The notes under the pieces are model-generated. The model was not told the DNA's origin. It saw only the letters and a list, made by a program, of their open reading frames with translations, and searched no databases. DNA of 55,695 nucleotides from Flavisolibacter sp. Lineage in GTDB: Bacteria > Bacteroidota > Bacteroidia > Chitinophagales > Chitinophagaceae. The stretch is from assembly GCA_035714205.1 (NCBI GenBank), contig DASTMJ010000205.1:1-55695 (forward strand), read 5' to 3'. A program made the position numbers and the translations under genes. Numbering within the stretch: the first letter of the stretch is position 1; the number at the start of each line of letters is the position of its first letter. Positions 37,461 to 47,184 of this stretch are shown here, one piece after another.

Positions 37461-39161
37461 ATGAAGATTTTCTTAGCGCAGCAAAATTATCATATTGGAA
37501 ATTTCGAAGAAAATGCACGAAAAATTATTGAAGGAATAGCAAAAGCAAAACAGGCAGGTGCTGACCTGGTGATGTTTTCTGAGCTTTGTGTGTGTGGTTA
37601 CCCGCCAAGAGACTTTCTCGAGTTTGAAGATTTTATCAACCAGTGTTATCAATCCATCGATATTATTAAAGAACATGCCGATGATATTGGTGTGTTGATT
37701 GGCAGCCCGGCCCGCAATCCTTTAAAAGCAGGGAAAGATCTTTTTAATGCAGCCTTCCTGTTACACGAAAAACAGGTGAAGGCTGAAATTCATAAAACCC
37801 TGTTACCTACGTACGATGTTTTTGATGAGAACCGCTATTTTGAACCAGCCTTTCAATGGAAATGCATTCCATTCAAAGGGAAAAAATTAGCAGTTACTAT
37901 TTGCGAGGACATCTGGAACCTGGGTGATAACCCGCTTTACCGGATTACACCTATGGAGAAACTCATTGGCGAAAAGCCCGATGTAATGTTGAATCTTTCC
38001 GCCTCTCCCTATAATTATGCAGCTGATGTGGTCCGTCGCAGTATCATAGAAGCTCACACAGCCAAGTACGGATTGCCTATGTTGTATTGCAACAATGTAG
38101 GTTCGCAAACCGAAATTGTTTTTGATGGCGGCAGCCTGGTGTATGACATCAACGGAAAGCTGGTAAAAGAAATGAACTATTTTGATGAAGACTATGCGCT
38201 GTTTGATTTGGATGAATTATCGCGGAAACACGAAATGCCGGCTGTTGCGCATAAATATTATTATACAGCCAATGAAGTTGGAAAGGACACGGATACATTA
38301 AATTATTTGATGGATGATAAAAACATCCAGGAAATACATGACGCACTCATCCTCGGCATTCGGGATTATTTCAGGAAAATGGGTTTTACCAAAGCCACAC
38401 TTGGTGCCAGCGGTGGTATAGACAGCGCCGTGGTGCAGGCCTTGGCAGTAGAAGCCTTAGGCAAAGAAAATGTACATGTATTATTGATGCCTTCACAGTA
38501 TTCATCTGGTCATTCTGTTACTGATGCGGAACAATTATGTAAAACCTTAGGTAATCCTTACGATGTTGTACCTATCAAAGAAGTATATGATGCATTCATA
38601 ACTTCGCTTAAACCCCTATTTAAAGACCTGCCGTTTAGCGTTGCGGAAGAAAATATACAAAGTCGCAGCAGGGGCAATTTACTGATGGCTGTAGCCAATA
38701 AATTCGGGTACATTTTATTAAATACCTCAAACAAAAGCGAACTGGCTACCGGTTACGGCACCCTGTACGGCGATATGGCCGGGGGGTTAAGTGTATTAGG
38801 TGACCTCTATAAAATGCAGGTATATGCGTTGGCCCGCTTCATCAATAAAAACAACCAGGTCATTCCCGAAAATATCATCACCAAGGCACCTTCGGCAGAA
38901 TTAAGACCCGGGCAAAAAGACAGTGATAGTTTGCCTGAGTATTCTATTCTTGATAAGGTCCTTTATCAATATATTGAACTAAGGCAGGGGCCTAAAGAAA
39001 TCATTGCGCAGGGCTTTGATCCAGCTCTCATTAAAAGAATTTTACGGCTGGTGAATATGAATGAATATAAACGGGCTCAATTTTGCCCCATTATCAGGGT
39101 GAGTTGCAAAGCCTTTGGTGTGGGAAGAAGATTGCCTATCGTGGCAAAATATCTGTCCTGA
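37461..39161 (+). CDS. nadE: Glutamine-dependent NAD+ synthetase
   Basis: Nitrilase domain (ELCVCGYPP, KTLLPTYDVFDE, ICEDIW) plus SGGIDSA, NKSELATGYGTLYGD, PSAELRPGQKD. Confidence 0.96.
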   Translation: MKIFLAQQNYHIGNFEENARKIIEGIAKAKQAGADLVMFSELCVCGYPPRDFLEFEDFINQCYQSIDIIKEHADDIGVLIGSPARNPLKAGKDLFNAAFLLHEKQVKAEIHKTLLPTYDVFDENRYFEPAFQWKCIPFKGKKLAVTICEDIWNLGDNPLYRITPMEKLIGEKPDVMLNLSASPYNYAADVVRRSIIEAHTAKYGLPMLYCNNVGSQTEIVFDGGSLVYDINGKLVKEMNYFDEDYALFDLDELSRKHEMPAVAHKYYYTANEVGKDTDTLNYLMDDKNIQEIHDALILGIRDYFRKMGFTKATLGASGGIDSAVVQALAVEALGKENVHVLLMPSQYSSGHSVTDAEQLCKTLGNPYDVVPIKEVYDAFITSLKPLFKDLPFSVAEENIQSRSRGNLLMAVANKFGYILLNTSNKSELATGYGTLYGDMAGGLSVLGDLYKMQVYALARFINKNNQVIPENIITKAPSAELRPGQKDSDSLPEYSILDKVLYQYIELRQGPKEIIAQGFDPALIKRILRLVNMNEYKRAQFCPIIRVSCKAFGVGRRLPIVAKYLS

Positions 39162-39164
39162 ATA

Positions 39165-39623
39165 TTAATGTTTCAAATTGAAAATGGCAGTTACATTTCC
39201 AAAGCCGGTAATGGTAGTGTCTTTCAGCAACGTCATTTTAGAGGTTGTCAATGTTTTTATTGTAAACTGCCCACTCAACCCGGTGGTAGCTGTGCCTGTT
39301 ATATTCAACACGGTTTCATTGTTTAAAAGGCTCCAGCCGAAGGTAGATGTAGCAGGTGATGAGGGGCAAATGTCAGCATTTTCATAGCTGGTGCCTGCGC
39401 CTCCCATCTCAAATTTTACAGTATTATCCAATGCGCAGGAAGGAATAACACCGGCTGTAACAAAATCAAAAACAATGTTACCACTGGCATCACCAATACC
39501 GCCTGTATCATACTTCCAGGCAGCGCTGGTTATTAATTCTGATTTATTTTCACCGGCATCATCATCTTTTTTGCATGACAATAAACTTAAACAAATAAAA
39601 ATGGCAGCAACTGAATATTTCAT
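39165..39623 (-). CDS. Lipocalin-like surface lipoprotein
   Basis: Lipobox LLSC followed by KKDDD export-signal-like motif; CALDN..C pair. Confidence 0.7.
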   Translation of the reverse strand: MKYSVAAIFICLSLLSCKKDDDAGENKSELITSAAWKYDTGGIGDASGNIVFDFVTAGVIPSCALDNTVKFEMGGAGTSYENADICPSSPATSTFGWSLLNNETVLNITGTATTGLSGQFTIKTLTTSKMTLLKDTTITGFGNVTAIFNLKH

Positions 39624-39806
39624 AAAGGACTAATTAAGATGTAAAAATAATTTTTAAAATCAATCTTGTTGAAACGGAAGTTTACCAAGTAATATTTCAT
39701 CATTACAATGTTTTAAAGGAATATTGGTTAAAAAATAAGATTTTTAGCTTTGCGGCAGATTATTTGCTAATGCCCAGTTTGTATTTTAAAGACCTAAACC
39801 TCAACT

Positions 39807-40808
39807 ATGATCAAAACCGCGGAAGATATTCGTCAGTTAAATGAGCGGATAAGTTATTCAGGAAAATTTATTGATACACTTCGTAACGAAGTTGGAAAGG
39901 TAATCGTTGGTCAATCGTATATGTTTGACCGATTATTGATCGGGTTGTTAAGTAATGGCCACGTTTTACTGGAAGGTGTACCCGGATTGGCTAAAACACT
40001 TACCATTAAATCGTTGTCGCAAGCCATACATGCCAATTTCAGCCGTATACAATTTACGCCAGACCTGCTGCCTGCCGACGTAATTGGTACACTCATTTAC
40101 AACCAGCAACGTAACGAGTTTGTTGTTCGGAAAGGACCCATTTTTGCCAATTTCATTTTGGCAGATGAAATAAACAGGGCCCCGGCCAAAGTGCAAAGCG
40201 CATTGCTGGAGGCTATGCAGGAACGACAGGTAACCATCGGCGATACTACCTATAAACTGGATGAACCGTTTCTTGTATTGGCTACTCAAAATCCCCTGGA
40301 GCAGGAGGGAACTTATCCTTTGCCTGAAGCGCAGGTTGACCGTTTTTTAATGAAAGTGGTTGTTGGCTATCCCACACGTAACGAGGAACAGCTGATCATC
40401 CGCCAAAACGTACAGGGCATGGCTGCACAAAAGGTCAACCAGGTGATCTCCGTTTCTGAAATTGTAAATGCACGACAAATGGTTCGTGATATTTATATGG
40501 ATGAAAAAGTGGAACAATACATCCTGGACATTGTGTTTGCAACAAGAAATCCATCAGAATATAAACTGGATAGTTTAAAACCCCTGATCTCTTATGGTTC
40601 TTCACCAAGGGGAAGTATTAACCTGGCAGTGGCTGCCAAAGCCCAGGCCTTTTTGAATAAGCGGGGATATGTAATACCGGAAGATGTAAGGGCTATTAGT
40701 AATGATGTATTGCGTCACCGTATTGGTTTAACCTACGAAGCAGAAGCTGAGAATGTTTCCGTAGTCGATATCATTGACCAGATTATCCAAAAGATCAACC
40801 TTCCTTAA
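39807..40808 (+). CDS. moxR: MoxR family AAA+ ATPase
   Basis: GVPGLAKT, RIQFTPDLLPAD, DEINRAPAKVQSALLEAM, ATQNP, SPRG. Confidence 0.95.
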   Translation: MIKTAEDIRQLNERISYSGKFIDTLRNEVGKVIVGQSYMFDRLLIGLLSNGHVLLEGVPGLAKTLTIKSLSQAIHANFSRIQFTPDLLPADVIGTLIYNQQRNEFVVRKGPIFANFILADEINRAPAKVQSALLEAMQERQVTIGDTTYKLDEPFLVLATQNPLEQEGTYPLPEAQVDRFLMKVVVGYPTRNEEQLIIRQNVQGMAAQKVNQVISVSEIVNARQMVRDIYMDEKVEQYILDIVFATRNPSEYKLDSLKPLISYGSSPRGSINLAVAAKAQAFLNKRGYVIPEDVRAISNDVLRHRIGLTYEAEAENVSVVDIIDQIIQKINLP

Positions 40809-41680
40809 TGCTTACCACTGCGGAAATATTAAAAAAGGTGCGTGCACTGGAGATCAAAAGCAAAAAGTTGACAACGGATCTGTTTACAGGTGAATACCAT
40901 AGTGCATTTAAAGGAAGAGGAATGTCGTTTAAAGAGGTGCGGGAGTATTCAGCAGGCGACGACATCCGGTTTATTGACTGGAATGTTTCTGCACGTTTTG
41001 GTCATCCTTTCAGTAAGGTTTTTGAAGAAGAACGTGAATTGACCGTAATGATTCTTGTTGATGTAAGTGCCAGTTCCCTGTTCGGAACAGTAAATGCCAC
41101 CAAAAAAGACATTGCTACGGAAATAGCTGCTGTCATTGCTTTTTCGGCAGTAAATAACAGCGATAAAATTGGTGTGATATTGTATAGTGATAAAATAGAA
41201 AAATACATTCCTCCAAAAAAAGGGAAACAACATGCGCTGTTCATCATCAGGGAATTATTGTCAACCGAGTCAGAAAAAAAACAAACACAGTTAACAACGG
41301 CCTTACGCTACTTTAATAACACTACAAGACAAAAAAGCATTGCATTCATATTAAGTGATTTTATTGATGCCAATTACCAGGATGCACTACGGGTGGCCGG
41401 TAATAAACATGATATTGTAGGTATAAAGCTTTATGATAAAATGGATCGCAACCTTCCTAAAGTAGGAATGTTGCGGGTTGAAGATGCAGAAACCGGCCAG
41501 CAGAAATGGATTGATACAGAAAGCAGCCTGGTACGTTTTGAATATGAAAAAGAATTTTTCAAATTGGCCGATCATTCAAAAGAAGTTTTTAGAAAAGCGG
41601 GTTGTGACCTTTTGCATGTACGCACGGATGAAGATTATGTTAAGGTGTTACAACGATTTTTTATTAGCAGGAATAAATAA
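40808..41680 (+). CDS. DUF58 family protein
   Basis: GEYHSAFKGRGMSFKEVREY..DDIRFIDWNVSAR, DVSAS, SDF. Confidence 0.93.
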   Translation: MLTTAEILKKVRALEIKSKKLTTDLFTGEYHSAFKGRGMSFKEVREYSAGDDIRFIDWNVSARFGHPFSKVFEEERELTVMILVDVSASSLFGTVNATKKDIATEIAAVIAFSAVNNSDKIGVILYSDKIEKYIPPKKGKQHALFIIRELLSTESEKKQTQLTTALRYFNNTTRQKSIAFILSDFIDANYQDALRVAGNKHDIVGIKLYDKMDRNLPKVGMLRVEDAETGQQKWIDTESSLVRFEYEKEFFKLADHSKEVFRKAGCDLLHVRTDEDYVKVLQRFFISRNK

Positions 41681-42540
41681 TGAAGCAACGAATTGTCCTT
41701 TTTATCCTATCAATAACCATTAGCCTGGGAGTTTTTTCTCAAAACCCTCCTGTTTCTGCCACCGTTAACAAACAAAAGATATTAATTGGTGAACATTTGC
41801 AGCTTTATTTAAAAGCAGTAGTGCGGGGCAACAATACTGCCCGGTGGTTCCGGGTAGATAGCTTTTCTCATTTTGAAATTCTTAAATCATCTAAAATAGA
41901 CAGCCAGCAGACAAGCCAGGGTTTGTTTTTGCAGCAAACCATTACACTAACAAGCTGGGATAGTGGTAAATGGGCAATTCCTTCTTTTTCGTTTGGACGT
42001 TTGCAAACAAAACCACTTGTGGTTTCTGTTGAGTTTTCACCAATGGATCCCAATCAACCCTATCATGATATAAAGGACATCATTGATGTGCAGAAACCCA
42101 TTGCTTCCAATTGGTACTGGTACCTGTTAGGAGTGGCCGTACTTATTGCTTTGTTCCTTTTATTCTTTCCGCCAAAAGAAAAAAAAGAAATCATTGAAAA
42201 GCCACTGACGCCTGAAGACGTTTACAAAAATGCCCTGAACAGGCTTGATAAATTATCACCAGCCCAGGAGGTAAAATCGTTGTATACAGAATTGGTTGAT
42301 ATTTTCAGGGATTACCTGCATAATCAAAAAGGTATACAGTCGTTTTCAAAAACCACGGATGACCTGTCGGTGCAAATTGGGCAACTGCAATTACCTGAAG
42401 ATGATTATTACCAGTTAGTGTTGATTTTACAAATGAGTGATATGGTAAAGTTTGCCAAACTTCAGCCTTCCATCGCAGAAAATGAAAAAGCAATTGACCT
42501 GGTCCGGAAAAATATTATTACAATAGAGAACCTGAAATAA
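41680..42540 (+). CDS. Bat-operon single-TM protein (BatD-like N-domain)
   Basis: Signal peptide, LTSWDSGKW, HDIKDI, TM helix, DMVKFAK; between DUF58 and batA. Confidence 0.75.
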   Translation: MKQRIVLFILSITISLGVFSQNPPVSATVNKQKILIGEHLQLYLKAVVRGNNTARWFRVDSFSHFEILKSSKIDSQQTSQGLFLQQTITLTSWDSGKWAIPSFSFGRLQTKPLVVSVEFSPMDPNQPYHDIKDIIDVQKPIASNWYWYLLGVAVLIALFLLFFPPKEKKEIIEKPLTPEDVYKNALNRLDKLSPAQEVKSLYTELVDIFRDYLHNQKGIQSFSKTTDDLSVQIGQLQLPEDDYYQLVLILQMSDMVKFAKLQPSIAENEKAIDLVRKNIITIENLK

Positions 42541-43538
42541 TGCTGTACGAATGGTTTCAAAATATTGAGTTTGCCAATAAATGGGTTCTTCCATTTTTGT
42601 TGATGCTGCCGGTGTTGGCGTGGATCTATTTCAGAAGCAGTAGATCTAAATCTTCCGTAAAAGTTTCTTCTGCCCGGGCTTTTACCATTCGAACAGTTCG
42701 AAATGCCACGCTACACTTGCCCTTCTGGTTACGTTTGCTGGCATTGGGTTGTATCATAGTGGCTCTGGCCCGTCCGCAAATACGGTTTGTTCAAAACCGC
42801 ACCAAGGGCGAGGGTATAGATATCATTTTGTGTATGGACGTAAGCGGCAGTATGTTATCGAAAGATTTTTTACCAAACCGCTTAACAGTTGCCCGGCAAA
42901 TGGCTGCTGAATTTGTAAAAGGAAGACCAATTGACCAGATAGGGCTTGTGATCTTTGCCGGTGAAAGCTTTACCCAGTTTCCTCTTTCAACCGATCATGC
43001 AAGTTTGTTGCAACAAATCCAGGGTATACGATCAGGCATGCTGGAAGATGGAACCGTTATTGGCGAAGGGTTGGCCAAGTCAGTTGATCGTTTATCTTCC
43101 AGTAAATCAAAAAGTAAGATCATCATCCTGTTAACTGACGGAAACGAACAACCCCCTGACACCCGGATCATTGATCCGTTCACAGCACTGGAAATTGCCA
43201 AAGCAAAGCAGGTTAAAGTCTATACCATTGGTATGGGCGCCATGGGTGGAACTGCTGTTGAAGAAAAAGGTGTTCGTAAGTCGGAAGGAAGTGCTTTTTT
43301 GGATGAAGCCTTATTACGACGCATTGCTTCGCAAACGGGTGGTTTGTATTTCAGGGCAACCGACGAGGAAAGTCTGCAGGCTATTTACCAGCAAATAGAT
43401 AAAATGGAAAAATCGGAAGTGGAGGTAGTAACCAAAGAAAAGTTTGATGAACAGTTTGTTTATTTTATTCTTGCTGCGTTAGTATTCATTGCTTTGGAAA
43501 TAATTTTGAGATATACTTTATTGCGTACATTTCCTTAA
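42540..43538 (+). CDS. batA: BatA VWA-domain membrane protein
   Basis: LARPQ, MIDAS DVSGSM, PNRL, LLTDG, VYTIG, LRRIASQTGG. Confidence 0.88.
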   Translation: MLYEWFQNIEFANKWVLPFLLMLPVLAWIYFRSSRSKSSVKVSSARAFTIRTVRNATLHLPFWLRLLALGCIIVALARPQIRFVQNRTKGEGIDIILCMDVSGSMLSKDFLPNRLTVARQMAAEFVKGRPIDQIGLVIFAGESFTQFPLSTDHASLLQQIQGIRSGMLEDGTVIGEGLAKSVDRLSSSKSKSKIIILLTDGNEQPPDTRIIDPFTALEIAKAKQVKVYTIGMGAMGGTAVEEKGVRKSEGSAFLDEALLRRIASQTGGLYFRATDEESLQAIYQQIDKMEKSEVEVVTKEKFDEQFVYFILAALVFIALEIILRYTLLRTFP

Positions 43539-43540
43539 TC

Positions 43541-44467
43541 ATGCAGGGGCTCGTTTACAAATCTACAGGCAGTTGGTACCAGGTAAAAGATAAAGATGGT
43601 AAGGTGTGGAATGCCCGCATGAAAGGCATTTTCAAACTTGATGATATTACATCAACCAACCCAATTGCCGTGGGTGATATCGTGGACTTTGAAATGGAGA
43701 ATGAAAATGAGCAATCTGTTATCATAACAAAAATTCTTGACCGGCGTAATTACATCAACCGCCAATCGCCCCGGATAAAAAGCCAGCAACATATTGTTGC
43801 AGCTAATGTGGACCAGTCTTTACTCATTGCTACCATTAAAGAACCCCGTACATCACAGGGTTTTATTGACCGGTTTTTGGTGGCCTGCGAAATGTACCAT
43901 GTCCCTGCCATTGTGCTTTTTAATAAGCTGGATCTTTATAAAGAGAAAGACATGCATTTGTTTGAAAAACTAAAAGCAGTGTATGAAAATATTGGTTATA
44001 AAGTTATTGGTACCAGTTTAAAAAATGAAAGCGCCACAGAAGAAATAAAAGCATTGCTGAAAGATAAGATCACATTGATCAGCGGGCACAGTGGTGTGGG
44101 GAAGTCAACTTTTATCAACGCCATTTTACCAGGTGCCCAAATACGTACGCAGGATGTAAGTGGCTGGAGCGGAAAAGGACAACACACAACCACGTTTGCG
44201 GAAATGTATGAGTTGCCCTTTAACGGTAAAATCATTGATACACCAGGCATGAAAGAATTTGGCCTGGTAGATATAGAAAAAAGCGAGCTATCAGGTTATT
44301 TCCCTGAAATGCGTGAACGACTGAATCAATGCCAGTTCAACAATTGCCTCCATATAAACGAGCCTGGTTGTGCCATTAAACAGGCGGTAATAGATGGAGA
44401 AATAGACGAAGACCGGTATGTTAGTTATTATAACATACTGGAATCGCTTAATGAAAAAAAATGGTAG
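43541..44467 (+). CDS. rsgA: Ribosome small subunit-dependent GTPase A
   Basis: NKLD, GHSGVGKST, GQHTTT, DTPG, CQFNNCLHINEPGC. Confidence 0.96.
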   Translation: MQGLVYKSTGSWYQVKDKDGKVWNARMKGIFKLDDITSTNPIAVGDIVDFEMENENEQSVIITKILDRRNYINRQSPRIKSQQHIVAANVDQSLLIATIKEPRTSQGFIDRFLVACEMYHVPAIVLFNKLDLYKEKDMHLFEKLKAVYENIGYKVIGTSLKNESATEEIKALLKDKITLISGHSGVGKSTFINAILPGAQIRTQDVSGWSGKGQHTTTFAEMYELPFNGKIIDTPGMKEFGLVDIEKSELSGYFPEMRERLNQCQFNNCLHINEPGCAIKQAVIDGEIDEDRYVSYYNILESLNEKKW

Positions 44468-44529
44468 GAGTATTGGAGAAAATGTAAGCCGGCATAAATT
44501 AGCGGCTCATTTTAAAAAAAGAAGAAGTT

Positions 44530-44862
44530 TTACGCTATGCCGTGCCGCATATCAATATTCATCAACTTGCCTTCAAGTACATTGGCCAGTTCCACAACTG
44601 CTTTATTATCTTTCTTACGGGCATCTTTTGTTTTCGTTGGAAAAACAGAAATACCATTGTAAATACTGTAATGAAGTGTCAGTTCGTGGTGCCCTAAATG
44701 AAAGCTCCAGCTGATAGCATCAAAATCATCTTCTTTGTTAGTGAAGTTTACCTGCAGGTCATCGCTTAAGATATCAGCGATCTGGTAAAACCGTTTTAAA
44801 CCGCCGTCATCATCAATCACGGCTTCTGTGCATCCTAAAGTTGTTCGTAGGGTCAGGCTCAT
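44530..44862 (-). CDS. Hypothetical protein (DUF3630-like)
   Basis: Clean ATG ORF with upstream TAATTTTA; family assignment tentative. Confidence 0.7.
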   Translation of the reverse strand: MSLTLRTTLGCTEAVIDDDGGLKRFYQIADILSDDLQVNFTNKEDDFDAISWSFHLGHHELTLHYSIYNGISVFPTKTKDARKKDNKAVVELANVLEGKLMNIDMRHGIA

Positions 44863-44962
44863 ACAAAACCATTTTAATATTAGTAAAATTACGAGGTCAA
44901 ATAATTAAGTAAAACTACTTTTAAGACAGCAGGTTTATGTTTTTTGCTGCATTATGCAATTG

Positions 44963-45145
44963 TTATGCCTTGAACTTTTTTTCTTTCTTGGGAGCACTTC
45001 CATCCAGGACCTTTTCGGCGCCAACATTTCTGCCACCATTGTCGCCACAGCCGTACTTGTTTTTATTGAACAAACTACAGGAAGAAAGGATCAATGCAAA
45101 AAAAGAAAATAGGAAGATGTTTCGGATTGTTTTCATGAATACCAT
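44963..45145 (-). CDS. Small lipoprotein, ~57-60 aa
   Basis: Hydrophobic signal with lipobox LSSC, then KYGC and a Lys-rich tail; upstream TATCTTTA. Confidence 0.65.
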   Translation of the reverse strand: MVFMKTIRNIFLFSFFALILSSCSLFNKNKYGCGDNGGRNVGAEKVLDGSAPKKEKKFKA

Positions 45146-45168
45146 TTGTATAAAGATAAAACGAAATA

Positions 45169-45714
45169 CTAAGGATTAAAAGCTTTTCCGGCTTCATTTA
45201 CGGCAGAAAACCATTTGGAATAGCCCACATAATTATTGGCAATCCTATTGATCTCACCCTCAACCATTTGGGCAGCAATTTCTTTAACCTTTTTAGCAGG
45301 CACGCCGGCATAAATCGATCCGCCTTCACAAACCGTACCCTCCAATACCACCGCACCGGCAGCAATAATGGTATTGCTGTGCACTACCACATTGTCCATA
45401 ACAATGGCTCCCATACCAATTAATACATTGTCGTGTACCGTACATCCATGTACAATGGCATTATGACCAATTGATACGTTGTTGCCCATAATAGCTTTCG
45501 TTTTTTTATAGGTACAGTGTATAACGGCGCCATCCTGTACGTTTACCTTGTTACCCATCCTGATGCTGTTTACATCGCCCCTCACTACGGCATTAAACCA
45601 AATGCTGCATTCATCACCCATCATCACATCACCCACAATTGTAGCATTAGGTGCAATAAAACAGTTAGTACCCCATTTGGGAAAGTTCTCTTCAACCGGA
45701 AGTATTAAAGCCAT
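45169..45714 (-). CDS. Gamma carbonic anhydrase family (hexapeptide repeat) protein
   Basis: IWFNAVVRGDVN, NVQDGAVIH, GHNAIVHGC; ATG 45714. Confidence 0.93.
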   Translation of the reverse strand: MALILPVEENFPKWGTNCFIAPNATIVGDVMMGDECSIWFNAVVRGDVNSIRMGNKVNVQDGAVIHCTYKKTKAIMGNNVSIGHNAIVHGCTVHDNVLIGMGAIVMDNVVVHSNTIIAAGAVVLEGTVCEGGSIYAGVPAKKVKEIAAQMVEGEINRIANNYVGYSKWFSAVNEAGKAFNP

Positions 45715-45925
45715 AATTTTTCTTTTTGCCGGCAACAGTCTTCTTGCTTTCAGTGAAGTTGTTTGTTACCAGCTTTAATAGTTAGGTCATCGTCCCTTGC
45801 GTCGCACTCTTGTACTGTATTACCAGTTTCAACATCCCCGCCATTTCAAATTTAAGCTTGTCCCGGAAACAATAATCTGCAGGGCCTTAAATTATCCACC
45901 CGAACTCTGGTTATTTTTGCCGGAT

Positions 45926-47098
45926 ATGAACCTGCGGCAATTATTTCTCCAACATGTAGCCCAAACATCAGTGGCTCCCATGGCCCTTGAAATCGTAAAA
46001 GCGGAGGGTTGCCAGCTAACCGATGTTTCCGGGAAGAAATATATTGACCTGATTGGAGGTATTAGCGTGGCCAATATTGGCCACAGGCATCCGGCCGTAG
46101 TTGAAGCCATAAAAAACCAGGCAGACCTATACCTGCATATTATGGTTTATGGTGAGTTTATTCAAAGTCCGCAGGTACAGTATGCCCGGATGTTGACACA
46201 ACATCTGCCGGCCTCACTGAACTCCGTTTACTTTACCAATTCCGGTGCTGAAGCAGTTGAAGGCGCTATGAAACTGGCTAAGAAGGTAACGGGACGAACC
46301 GGTATCGTAGCTTTCAAAAATTCCTATCATGGATCTACCCAGGGAGCTTTAAGTATCATTGGCAGCGAATACTGGCGCAATGCCTACCGCCCCTTATTAC
46401 CGGGAATAGATCACCTGGATTATAATTCTTTTGATGACCTGGAACTGATAACTACTGGAACTGCTTGTGTTATTGCAGAAACAATACAGGCGGAAGCAGG
46501 TATCATCAGCCCGGAAAATGGATGGCTGAAGGCCCTGGAAAAACGTTGCCATGAGGTAGGAGCATTATTTATACTGGATGAGATACAGGCCGGTTTTGGA
46601 AGAACAGGCAGGTTATGGGCTTTTGAGTATTTTGATATTGTTCCCGATGTTTTATTGCTGGGAAAAGCCTTGGGTGGCGGCATGCCTTTAGGTGCTTTTG
46701 TGGCCGATAAAAAATTGATGGATCATTTTACCGATAACCCCGTCCTTGGACATATTACCACTTTTGGCGGTCACCCGGTTTCCTGCGCCGCTGGTAAAGC
46801 CGCATTTGAAATTCTGCTTCAAAATAATCCGGAGGTAAAAAGAAAAGAAAACCTGTTTCTTGAGCTACTTCAACATAAAAAAATAAAATCAATAAAAAGT
46901 TTTGGCCTTTGGATGGCTGTTGAGTTTGAAGATTTTGAGACCTGTAAAAAAATAATTGACCTGTCAATAGAAAACGGCGTTATCAGCGATTGGTTTTTGT
47001 TCGCTGCTAATTGTTTCCGTATTTCTCCGCCTTTATATATTTCAGAGGAAGAAATTAGAAAAGCATGCGCTGTTATAATGGACGCCATTGACCGATAA
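45926..47098 (+). CDS. Class III PLP aminotransferase (ArgD-like)
   Basis: NSGAEAVEGAMKLA, SYHGST, DEIQAGFGRTG, GKALGGGMP, HITTFGG; ATG 45926. Confidence 0.9.
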   Translation: MNLRQLFLQHVAQTSVAPMALEIVKAEGCQLTDVSGKKYIDLIGGISVANIGHRHPAVVEAIKNQADLYLHIMVYGEFIQSPQVQYARMLTQHLPASLNSVYFTNSGAEAVEGAMKLAKKVTGRTGIVAFKNSYHGSTQGALSIIGSEYWRNAYRPLLPGIDHLDYNSFDDLELITTGTACVIAETIQAEAGIISPENGWLKALEKRCHEVGALFILDEIQAGFGRTGRLWAFEYFDIVPDVLLLGKALGGGMPLGAFVADKKLMDHFTDNPVLGHITTFGGHPVSCAAGKAAFEILLQNNPEVKRKENLFLELLQHKKIKSIKSFGLWMAVEFEDFETCKKIIDLSIENGVISDWFLFAANCFRISPPLYISEEEIRKACAVIMDAIDR

Positions 47099-47159
47099 AA
47101 ATTTTATCTATCCTCTTAATTTTTTTAAGAAATTATTGCAAATATGACTTCAATCAACG

Positions 47160-47182
47160 TACTTTGTTATACAAAGTGCTTT
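47160..47182. promoter_or_regulatory. Palindromic operator copy 1
   Basis: TACTTTGTTATACAAAGTGCTTT (ACTTTG-N5-CAAAGT). Confidence 0.75.
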
Positions 47183-47184
47183 TT

